From the NCBI GenBank assembly GCA_048013815.1, contig CM106586.1, positions 8,680,001 to 8,744,000 on the forward strand: 64,000 nt of DNA, in the 5' to 3' direction. The notes below the pieces were generated by a model. That model saw nothing but the letters and a program-made list of their open reading frames with translations, was not told the origin of the DNA and searched no databases. This DNA is from Setoptus koraiensis (Eukaryota > Animalia > Arthropoda). This document shows, piece by piece, positions 12,563 to 24,000 of the stretch; position 1 is the first letter of the stretch; every line of letters begins with the position of its first letter. The position numbers and the translations under genes are program-made.

Positions 12563-13826
12563 TAGGATGTGCCAAAAGTCGTTAGCTTTATTGAGTAGAA
12601 TATGAAATAACATAACAAAACTCGTCACAAATCGAGATATTCGCCTTCTTTCTCTATCACAAGCTTCAGTCTTTCTCTCAGACTCTCTATGCCGCTTTTA
12701 TAGAAATCCTCAGATTTCGATGAAAAGTAGTCATCTACAGCTGAGGTTGTCTCACTCTCTGTTGCAAAAACTCTGCCTCTCAAGTGAGTTTTCAAATTTT
12801 TAAAAAGATGATAATCACTGGGAGCAATATCTGGGCTGTATGGCGGGTGCTCAAGAAGTTGAAATTTGTGTTTGTTGAAAACTTCGACAACTTTCGCCGC
12901 TGAGTGAATGCGCGCGTTATCTTGAAGAATTATCGGATTCTTCGATAGCAGGCCATGTCTTTTCTTTGGCAGAATGTTTCTCAATTTTTCAATCAGGTTA
13001 GCATAATACACTGCATCCATACCCTTCTTGGAGCTTTGCCTGAAATAATCGACCAAAATTATACCTTTTCTGTCCCAAAACACAGTCGCCATCACCTTCT
13101 TTTTGTTGTCTGGAATACGACTTTGTGTCGGCCTCCCTTCGTGACTAGCTCTCCACTCCCTTCCGCTCTCCCTGGTCTCTGGTGTTGAGTAACATACCCA
13201 GGTCTCATCACATGTGATTAGTCTTGATGAAAGTTCGTCCCACTTCCGGTCCCAAGTTTTCAAAATCTCGCGCGCAACGCGCACTCGATCGAACTTCTGC
13301 GCCGATGACAAGTTTTTGGGTACCCATCTTGCATAGAGTTTCTTCATGTTTAGATAATCATTCGGAATTCTCCTCACTGTTGTGGGTGCTGAAGCAGTGA
13401 CCGCTGCTAATTGTCTGACACTTGTTTTCCTATTGGCTTTTACAAATTTCTCAATTAATGGTTCAATTGTGGCCGAAACAGGGTGCCCCGATCTGGCCCC
13501 ATCTTAGGCACTGAGGTGCCCGGTTTTGAACTTTGCACACCAATTCTTGATTTTTGCAAAGCTGGGCTTTGCATCTCCATGAGTTTTTAGAAAGTAATCA
13601 TCGATTCCTTTAGGTTTTTTTCCACTTTTGAAGTGATCGAGAATGATAATTCGATATTGTGAGGGATCCATTTTTGCGAGAAATCAAATTGTGTGAAAGC
13701 GAGAAGAGAAAGAAAACCCATTTTGAGCCCATCTAACCGCAGCACATAGAATATTGCAACACAGAAGATTGCATAAAATTCGAACAAACTGGAGCAACGG
13801 AAGCTAAAGACTTTTGGCGCACCCTA
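12563..13826 (-). mobile_element. Full-length mariner (Tc1/mariner, D,D34D) DNA transposon, 1264 bp
   Basis: 26-bp TIRs TAGGATGTGCCAAAAGTCGTTAGCTT (12563-12588) and AAGCTAAAGACTTTTGGCGCACCCTA (13801-13826), 3 mismatches. TA duplication at 12561-62 and 13827-28. AT-richer than the flanks. Confidence 0.96.
12625..13671 (-). pseudogene. Mariner transposase, 348 codons, one in-frame TAA at codon 56
   Basis: Frame continuous from ATG 13671 (MDPSQYRIII...) to the stop at 12625. TAA at 13506-13504. Motifs WVPKNL, TCDETW, QDNARIH and HPPYSPDIAPSDYHLF, with exactly 34 residues between the 2nd and 3rd catalytic Asp. Confidence 0.95.
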
Positions 13827-15381
13827 TATCACGTGTGTGTGCATGTGGCCCGACGCAGCCGTAAATAGCGCATATTATCGCGGCAATACGAGCCGATATT
13901 GGCCCTCTATTTATCCGCACAGCCAGATCGTGTCTATATATATCATGTATTTATGTATCATGTATTTATATATCATGTATATATATATATACATCATGCA
14001 GATAGCGCACCGTCTATGTGTAATTAGCCGGGGATTAGACTCGTTTTATTTGCAAGCGGCAGGCTTGGCGCCGGCATAAATCCGTGCCGTGCCATTGTGC
14101 TTATTGGCCGGCCTCCGTCGGGCACAATTGTAATCCCGGCAATATGCTCGCCGAGCAGTTCGCCGATCCGCTCGCAACAAGCGCCGGCCGATCCGCTCGC
14201 GACGAGCGCCGATATCCGCACAGGCGAGCGATATCCGCACAGGCGAGCGATATATCGCGGTACACAGCGGCGAGCGTGCGATATCATATTATTATATATT
14301 GTTATATTATATTATACCGTGTTATATTGTATTATGCTCCGACAGCGGCGAGCGGCCGCAACTGTTTTATGGCGCCCGGCCGTCAGCTGACAGGGCAGCT
14401 CTCTCAACCGACGGGGGCGCTAAATGATGATGATGATGACGGCCGATCATGATTACTGTTTATTATTACGCAACAACACTTCTCGGTTTGGCTCGCACTT
14501 TACTGTTCTCACTGTTTGTTTGTTGGCGCTCTCGCTCGCTCGCGGGGATATTACTTACAACTGCGCACCGTGCGACTAGCTACTGCTGGCTAGCGAGCTA
14601 CTTTCGGCTGGCGAGATACTTTCCGTCGGCCCATTCACTCATTCATTTGTGGGCCCCTCTCTGCCTGTGTGTGCCGTCTGAGCAGGCACGGGCACCGTTA
14701 CTCCGAACACACTCGTGCCAGTCGAGATATCAGCCAGATACAATCGCATTTGCTGTGGGCCAATAATAGACTGTGCGTTGCACACAGTTATTCACTTAGC
14801 TCGCTGTTTGCCTGGCCGAACAGCCAAATGATGTATTTGGCAGCTGGCCCGAGCTCCGTCTGGCGGAGCCAAGCACCCGCCGGAGAGGGAGCCAAGCGCC
14901 GGCCGCAGACGGAGCCAAGCGGGCTGCCAGAGACCGGGCCGGCGGACGGCCAAGTGAGCACCCGATTGGGAGACAGAGCGAGCGGGAGACAGAGCGAGCG
15001 CCCGAGTGGGAGACAGAGCGGGAGACAGGATGGGAGACAAAGTGAAAATAGATCCGGATCATGTTCCACCTCCATGTGTGCCTGTGCGGAGGCCCAGATA
15101 AGATAGCGCGCATACTTGGACAGCATGCAGCGGATATACGCTGGATGTGCGCTGGATATATGGTGCATTTGTGGCGCATGTGGCCCCCCCGAATCGCGCC
15201 ACCACCAGCATCCAACGGCCGACAGAGGAAACAAAATAGATTATGCAGTAAGTGTATATATAACTGCGAGTGTCACTCTGCACTCGGCGCCTCTCTCGGC
15301 GACCATGTCGATATGTCGCAATGTGCCGCTATGTGCCGCTATGTCTCCATCGGCTCTGTCTAATCTATTACTCTCTGTTTA

Positions 15382-15419
15382 GTTGTTGTTGTTGTTGTTG
15401 TTGTTGCTGTTGTTGTTGT

Positions 15420-15451
<32 letters not shown>

Positions 15452-15510
15452 TTGTTGCTGTTGCTGTTGCTGTTGCTGCTGCCGCTGTTGCTGTTGCTGT
15501 TGTCGCTGTC
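15382..15510. repeat. (GTT/GCT)n trinucleotide microsatellite
   Basis: About 43 triplet units. Confidence 0.95.
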
Positions 15511-15997
15511 CGTGGTGGTAGCGCCAACAACAACAGCTTGTCATCGTCGCCGGCCAGACGAATGATAGATGAATTATATCTGCTCTGCTATATGTATTGC
15601 TGCGTCTGGCCAATTGTTGTCGCGCGCGCGCCGAGACCATGATACACTCCGCTGGCCACTCCGATCGGCCCGTCCGATCGGCCCCGTCCGCCGTCGGGTT
15701 TGCGCCGAGCCGCGCGCGGGCTGCACTGTGTCATCCCGACACACAATGCACATCTGGACTTGGCTAGCTTGACTTGTTGTCGCCACTGGCCGGCGCACCG
15801 TTTAACCGCTTGGCGCTAGCCAGCTGCCCAGCGGCCACTTGCCGGCGGACTGGGCCGCTTTCGCGGGGGCGCGCAGCCCGGCAGCCACGGCCGGCTGAGT
15901 GGCCCCGGCGAGAGATTATGATACACACTTACTAGTTATTATTGCTATTATTCGCGCCAGCGTCAAATGGCCACTATCAGGCTGTTTGGCTGTTTGG

Positions 15998-16090
15998 CTA
16001 TCTGGCTATCCGGCTATCCGACTATCCGACTATCCGACTATCCGACTATCCGACTATCCGACTGTCCGACTATCCGACTATCCGACTATT
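15998..16090. repeat. 8-bp minisatellite (CTATCCGA)n
   Basis: About 9 near-perfect units with degenerate CTATCTGG/CTATCCGG edges. Confidence 0.95.
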
Positions 16091-16521
16091 TGGCTGTGAA
16101 GCGGCGCCGGCGCCAGCAGCGGCTATTAATTTCTGGCCTGCCATTTTCGCCATATCCTTGCCTCATTGATATCGCGCCCCGAGTCGCCCCACTGAGAGCA
16201 GTTCGCCTCGCTGATACCAATAGGCCGAGAGCGGCTCGCCGAGACCAACTCAGCGAGACCAACTGAGCAAGACCAACGCCGGCCAACACTAATAATGGCT
16301 GCCAGGCCAACAATGGCCGGCCATTATTACACGGAAGTTATGCATTCCGCCACTGCAAGCCAAGACGAAACGGACTGAAATGAAACCACGAGATGAGATG
16401 ATATGATATGATATGACACACACACACAGGCCGTGGGGCCCGTTTCTCTGACCCAATAACCAGTCTGTCGCTGGCCCCAAATGAACGCCAGCGACATGTA
16501 TCATCGGCATTATCATATTAT

Positions 16522-16607
16522 GCGCTCTTTGTGTATCTTTGCACATCTTTGCACATCTTTGCACATCTTTGCACATCTTTGCACATCTTTGCACATCTTT
16601 GCACATC
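16522..16607. repeat. 10-bp minisatellite (GCACATCTTT)n
   Basis: Six perfect units 16541-16600 plus degenerate flanking units. Confidence 0.96.
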
Positions 16608-19600
16608 GTTATACGTCGCCTCACATCGCCTTATATCGCTCGCTGCGGGCCCCACAGTACGCAGTCGTCTGCCGCGCTTGGCCCCAAAGAAGAAGCTAAT
16701 TTGTTGTTGACACTTTGGGGCCCCAAATTAGTTGCTGGCCTGGCGGCCCAGCGCGCAGTTTAATCCAGTGCGCTCTTTGTGCGCGCCTGATCCGGTGTGA
16801 ATGGCCTAATTATTGTGCCGTTGATCTATTGTTGCCGTTGTCTCTCGGCTGCATAATCAATACCAATCACTTGCGTTCGCGCGCCCCCTCTCAACAACGC
16901 GCCTTAAGAACGCGCCCTAAGAACGCGTCTCGGCAAAGGGGCCGCGGCCCCGCCCACGTGCACGCAACCCAGATATGACATACCAGCGCATATTGCTGAC
17001 ACAGATTGCAGCGCGTTGTTGCGTTATTTTGTGGGAACCTCCCACAGAATCGCCACAGACTCCCAAAGAATCACTCCCGCGCTGGAAGTGGCTCCCGCGC
17101 GGGCAGACAAAAGCGCCGGCTTCCGGCAATCAGCCGAGCGGCTGTGACGGGTCGCTTGTCGGCGCTGCAGCCGGCCCGGCCGAGTCAGCCGAGTCGGCCC
17201 AATCAATTTATCTGAAAACGGGCCGGTGTGTTGATTTCGCAACAGCGCCGGCGACACCGACGGCGCGGGCAGCGCGCGCGGCACGAGACGAGCCGGGATT
17301 TGGCGCCCGGGCGGCCCCGGTTTATTATTGGAGCGTCACGTCCCGCAACAACTGTTATTAGTGGCCGGTGAGCTCACCTAACGCAAGTGCCGAGCGGGGG
17401 AGTTTGTTGGTTTGTGTTTGTATGTTTGTTTGGTGTTTGTAAAGACATAAAAAGATTTAGGGCCAACAAGAATGTTTTAGGCAAAGCATGACCGAGAAAC
17501 AAACGCACTGGCACGGGCCGTCGGGTCACGTACCGAGCGGGCAGCGCTGAAATAGAGACAACGCGGACGAGCGAAGCGAACAAGCAGCGAAAGAGGCGCG
17601 AAGAATTTCGCGCACCCACTAAAGAATTCGCGCCAGTAATAATTCCGGCGGCAATTACTGACCCGCCGATAGCTGGTCACCGTTGGGTCATGCCGGCATT
17701 ACACGCACTAACTGCAGTTGGGCGCCCCTTCCTGTGCGCGCGCGTGTACCCGACAAGTGAGTCGCGAACGGCGGCGGCTTCTTTTCGGCCGTCTCGGGCT
17801 GCGCGTTGCCGCCGCTCACTTAAAAAGCGATGATGATGATGAGCGGAAAAAGCCAGTCAGTGTGAGTTTCGAAGCCATTTGCTCGGAATGATTTACGACC
17901 AAACAACCGGCGCGCCGCGGTGTCTAGTTACCCCGTACCTTGGCCGGTGCCGCCGCCGGGCCCCATTTGGGTCCCGCACGGCTCCCCCGTCCAGGCTGGC
18001 CCTACTGGGAGGCCGCGAGTGGCAAGTGTTGCCAGTGTTTCGGCCGGTTTGGGCCGGCTCGCGCCAGTTTGGGCCGGCTCGCGCCAGTGTGCACTGGGGC
18101 GCCGTGTCCGGCGAAATCGCTCCGTCGGTGCATTGTTCTTGCCGTTGGCCGACAACATTATCGACGTGCATCGGTGGTTGAAACTAATTCGAGCTGAGCT
18201 GCCAGCGCGAGATAATCAACACTGCACGACCGGCGCAGGTAACCAGCGACTCGCGCTCGCATTATTCGCTCATTTGGCTCCATTCGCCCTCCATTAGCTC
18301 GCTGTCTGGCGGGCCGGATAATATCCACAGTGCGTACATACTGGACATGGACACTCGTTGTGTGCCGTGCCGGTAACGGTGCGCGTGCGGCGCGCACGCG
18401 GTGTCCGGCGGCCGCTCGTCCGAGCGGCCAACCGGCGATCCGGCGATCAACGGGCGCGCGCGCGCGTGCCATTGTATGCGACGCGCAACGACCGGCAACG
18501 AGTGAGGCGCTGCATTATTATTGGCGCCAGTTCGTTATACAAGTTGGGCGCATTAATCACTTGCCGTTGCGACCCGAACCCTAATGAATCTTCGTCTTGT
18601 CTCGCCGGACAGAAGAAAAAGCAAGGCGAGCTAGAGGGAGCCGGAGGGAGCGAGCGAACGACGTGGGGCCTACGTTCGCCGGCCCGCCGATGGCACTGGC
18701 CGGCCCGACAATGGCACTGGCCGGCCTGTGTCGCCCATGGAGATTAGGCGCGATTCAGCGCGCCCAAGCAACGAATAACGACCGCCTGATTGACAACAAT
18801 CATTTCCAGCCGACGCTCGGCAGCCAACAATGACGAGCGGCGCCCCGACGATGTCGCGCCCTCGTTGCAGCATGATTGACCACTGACTCGCGGGCCGGCA
18901 TGCCGAAAAGTCGGCTCCGTCGGTCGCCGCTCGCCATTCGAATCACCGCAGTTCGAATCATAGCAATACGAATCGTCGCAATCATCTCATCGCCGATTGT
19001 GTTCACTGGGCGCGGTGTACAGGTATTTCGGGCGACAACACAGCAGAGGCTGCACAAATTGAATTGGCCAAGGTCGCGATCACCACTTGACGGCCGCGAG
19101 TAGCTGTCGCCCGTGAGAGAATTCACTTTCGGACAAAAATGTGACAGCAGCAACGCCAGCGGCCACATTTGGAAACTCGTGCACCGAAAAAACTCTCGAA
19201 AAAACTGCCCCTAGAATAAAAGAAATCGCTTCGATTTCTTTTATTTTTTCCAACAAATTTGTCCGATGCGAGCGATTGGCGAGCTGTCGACAGGGCCGGC
19301 CGCAATGCTAAACTTCTTTGCGGTCGCTGGTGGCGCCGCTCGAGTGGAGACCACTTTTTATAAATGTTAATGTTGTTTTCGGCAACAATGAAAATCGCAT
19401 CGCCGGCCATCGCACGAGCCCGAAAACTGGCGAGCAGCGAAAATTTCCCCACGGCCCACAGGAAATCTTGTCGGTATTCCAGCGCGGACAGCGTCTTTTG
19501 TGTATATATCTATTTTTGTTTTTCGTTTCCACCAATAAATTGTGTGGCCCCGTAGTGGGTGTACATGCACATTGTTACAAGCTCTTGGCGTGCCGCTATA

Positions 19601-20984
19601 ACCTCTGTTCTTTTATGATTCTTGACTCCGAATTCGGATTCGAATGGGCGAGATGCCGACACAAAAGCCGGCAGCGGCGAAAGAATTCGATGCCGAGACA
19701 CGAGAATAGATTCGTTTATTAATCGATTGCAGACGGGCCCATTGATAATACAAACACGTATATGTTTGCATCTGGCAAGTTTTCGTCCGAGTCGCCGAGT
19801 GTCGCGGCTCCACAAAACAGTGGACAGTTAATTTTTCAGCGCAACACACAAGTGACGAATGACGGGTGCAAAGTGCACCGATTTGTCTTGATCTCTGGCA
19901 GTGTCGCCTAAGCGATGGGGCCGGCAAGATAGTGGAGCTGGTTGCAGGCAAACAGTGGAAAGAATGTTCGCGAATAGCCCAAAGAATCACAAGAGTCTCA
20001 GAAAAGCCAACTGAAGTTAGTTTTAAACAATCAAACTTATTTCCTGTCTTGTCGCGCGCATTGCTCAGGGCGGTCATTATAGTTATATAAGGCGCGCGCG
20101 ACAGCGAGTTTTATAAGATGCGAAACCCTTTTATCGGCGTCATCTGGCCCGCTGGCGCATCACGAAAATCGTCGAAAAGTCGTCTCGAGTGGCGACAAGT
20201 CCGGGCAGCGAAATTCTCAGAATTCAAGCTGCATAACACAGCATGCCAGCGGAATAGTGGAAATGGCGCAAACGAGCCATGATCAATCCGATTCATCCGG
20301 CTTGCTTGCGGTTACTTGCACTGCACAACAGATTGAGCTTGATAAATTAAACTGAATTGAACTTGTCACTCCATGACTCGTCGCCGGGCCCGGCCAGCCA
20401 AACTCAACGTGTACGCTGGCCCCAGCGGCAGCCTCTCGATTTGAGAGTCTCGAAGTCCGGCGGGTCGCTTGCACTCGAATTCGAGGGCTCTCTCTCTCTC
20501 TCTCTATCTGGCTGTTTGCAATGCGATGACGCCGACGACGAGCTGATTGCCTTGAGCTGTCCAAGACAACAACAGACTCTGTTGAACAGAGCGACCATGG
20601 TGAGATGAGATGATGCGGCGACAACCGGCATGGCTCAGCAATGCGATGCTCGTTGTCGCATCATCTCATCTCATTTGATGCAATCTCGCCTCTTCGATGA
20701 TTTGATGGCAAGGCGCGATGCGATCAAAAGTGATGAAATGCAGTGTACGATTTCGTGTCGCTCAAACGTTGCACCAATCGGGCCCCCCTCTGTCGCTATT
20801 TTCACGCACCAGCCCGCCAGATCGAGCGAGCGCACAGAGGGCCCCGAGCTAGGCAATGAAACATGTCAACATGAGAGGGCTCAATCTTGGCGCCTATCGG
20901 CGCCCATTATTGCCACTGGCGACCGGGGGCCGACGGGGCCGAGGCCGGGCTCGCCACCGGCGGCTACTCGACTGCCTGAGTCTA

Positions 20985-21073
20985 GCTGCTGGCTACCGGG
21001 GCTCGGCTGCTGGCTACTGGGGCCCGGCTGCTGGCTACTGGGGCCCGGCTGCTGGCTACTGGGGCCCGGCTAC
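20985..21073. repeat. 21-bp minisatellite (GGCTGCTGGCTACTGGGGCCC)x3+
   Basis: Three perfect units 21005-21067 plus one degenerate unit. Confidence 0.93.
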
Positions 21074-24000
21074 CGTAGCCCGGCAGTTTACAAGTGTCAT
21101 AATGGTGGCCAATGGAGTAGGCGAATGGAGTCGCCTGGGCGCTCTGGAAAGTCTCACATTGATAGTGGCACTGTGAGAGTTTCGCAGAATGTGACATCAT
21201 CGCTAGCGATGGTGAATATTAACTGGGGCCCGGCTCGAGTTTATGTTCACCATCGCCAATTGACTTTTTGCCTTGCAGCGCCAACTTGCGGGGTCAAGTT
21301 ATTGAGCCAAGCGGGGCCCGTCGCAAGCTAACAACTGGGTTGCATCGGGCCCCATATCACTACACGGCTCTACGGATATCTCTATATACGGCAAAGCTGG
21401 GCATAACAAAGCGGCCCGAAAAGAATTAATTAGGAATTCGAATCACACAACAAAACAACATGAGGGCGCCGTCACTAGTTAGCTGGTTGCGAATGAGCCA
21501 ATGAGTAGCTGCTTAGCAGTGCGGCGGCCAATTTGCGCGCGCCAGAATTTTATAGCAGCTCATTTCTGGCCGCTATCTGCTCTCTTCATCATCGCTCAAC
21601 TCAATATTAATCTCTCTCGCTTAGTTATTACCGGCTTGAAATTTAGACCGCTTAATATACCGCTCGCCATACATCCGCCCTGCGCTATACATAGCTCAAA
21701 ATAGCGCTATTAGCGAGTATATATAGTAGCGGAAATGTCCAAAGTGGTCTCAATGACGCAATGCAAGTCTAGAACATTCGCTGGCGGACTTTCGGACGTT
21801 GTGTGGAAATGACTAGAATGTTTCATGCGTTCTTGTTGCAGCTGATTGCGGCGTAATTTGCATTTGTCGATATCGTTGTCGTGCATGTCAAATGTGACCA
21901 ATCTTCCAGAGCGAGAGAGAGAGAGCAGAGAGGTTTCTGAAAGAAGATGCAAGCGGATTCTCAGAAAAAAGCGCCGCTCAATTTGAATCGCTCTGTTCGG
22001 TTCTGTTCGGTTCGTTTCGTCTGGCATCCTCGGCATTTGACAGAAACGAAATTTTGTCGCCGCTTCACTGGCCCGCCGACAGGACACAAATGAGCCAGGC
22101 CAAATTTTGCCGCTGTGCTGCCCCCCCCCCCTTCGCCAAGATTCAAGCCGGTGCGTGTCGGACCAGCCACTAATTGTAGCCACTAGCGGAATGCGCGCAA
22201 TCTCAGTCGGGCCGTCATTTGTCTGGGCGCCCGATGCGTCTTGTCATTTATCATTTTGGCGACTCTTTCTTCGCGCGGTACAGCGAAACCGAACCGGCGA
22301 CTGTCAAACTCTTTCACTCACACTGTAAGCCGCCGCCGCATCGATTTGTGTGCCGCTGCTCGAAATAAAACCGAAAATAAACACACTCAATTTCACCTTG
22401 TTAAGCTCCATGTAACTATATGTAACTAAGCCAACCAATATGTAGCCAGTTTTCGGACACACACTGGCAAGCTCGCTAGACCGTCAGAGGTTGCTTGGAT
22501 GGACGGACACTGTATACATAATATATGTGTGAGTGTGTGTGTGTGTGCGGATAATATACATAATAGACATGGCTACAACTAGTAGTTATTGCGTCATGAT
22601 TGCCATGATCTTTAAAGTGCGCCTCCTCGTCGCTTATCTCCTCGGTATACAGTAGCTCGGTATACAGTAGTCGTATACCGAGGAGACTGACTGTGGTGTG
22701 CAGTGTTTGAGTGATTGATGATGCAATGTAAATAAGGTTGCCCAAACATAAACACACAAACAAACAAACAAACATATTTTATCCGCTGTCTGACTGACTG
22801 ACTGACTGTTGTTGTTGTTGTTGTTGCTCTGACAGATACTTTAACCAACACATAATTTGCACACGGTGCGTTGGAGTGGCGGCAGCGGCGGCAGAGATTT
22901 GTTGTGTGGCGGCGGGGATTCGTGCGCAAGAAAAAGATTTTTGAAAAAGGATTTGCGAAAAACGACGACTCGTGAAAAAGATCCGTGAAAAAGATCCGTG
23001 AAAAAGATTCGCGAATAGAGATTTTCAGTGTGGAGCCGGGAGAAGGCCGAAGATTATTGTCACATTGATCAGCCCGGGCGTCGTGTGTGTTTGTCGTGGC
23101 AACGTCTTGCCAAACGCTCACAGATGAAGACGTTGCGTTTTGTTTGCCTACTTTTATTCCTGTTCGGTGTGTTTGAGTCGAAACTTTTGAGTACCAGAGA
23201 GCGATATGCAAAATATACAACAATATTGTTGTAATGCACACAATGCCATGTATGAATGAAGTGATATCAAAGTTGCAATTAGTGTGTCGCAGCGCGTCTA
23301 AATGAGACTCGCCATCTCAAACATTTTCCTCTTATTAGCTGGCGAGGTATTTGTCTTTCTGTGCGTCTGTCTGCGCTGCTAGTGCTGCATTTCGGAGCAA
23401 TTTCGGAGCAATTTTTACAATCGGCAACGCTCGCTTGGCAAAACACAAAACGTAATAACGTAATAACGTAATAGCTCATTTTATATTCGGCTGGCCTCGG
23501 ATGTGCTCGGCGACAACAGCAGCAACAACAACAGCAACAACGGCGCTGAATAATGACTCGTCAATGGTGCCATTTATTTGTTGCTGTCGTCTTGGCTGCC
23601 AGTCGCTAGTTCGCGTTCCAAATCGCTTCCTCCGCTCGAAGCTCTTCATTAACTCGCCCGTCGGTACTATGTGCATCATATGTACATATTGTCGCATATA
23701 CATTTTGTTTGCATGTATCCAGCGAGCGACTGAATACGTTGCCATGACGACAATAATCGCACAATTTAAATCACACTCGCACATAATGATGCGTCTGTGC
23801 CATATGGCATCAATCGGTTGGCAATTAAAGCTGGATGGTTTCAAATATGAACTCGACCGCATCGACAGCGATCCATCACGAGGCCGCTCGATAATGAACG
23901 GGCTCCAAGCGGCCTTCGGCTGGCTTTCACGCAAATTTATCCACATTTATCGCCTCACTTATGCCCCGTGTGTGTGTCAGTCGGCATGCACGCCATTCAC

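Noticed and set aside
15270-15640. PolyQ/polyL/polyC ORFs
   Set aside because: Translations of a GTT/GCT microsatellite with no flanking coding signal.
15998-16607. Regular repeats superficially like CRISPR arrays
   Set aside because: Head-to-tail tandem units with no unique spacers, no cas genes, eukaryotic context.
19613-20090. Overlapping 154-aa and 74-aa ORFs in a repeat-poor patch
   Set aside because: No recognisable domain or consistent splice signals.
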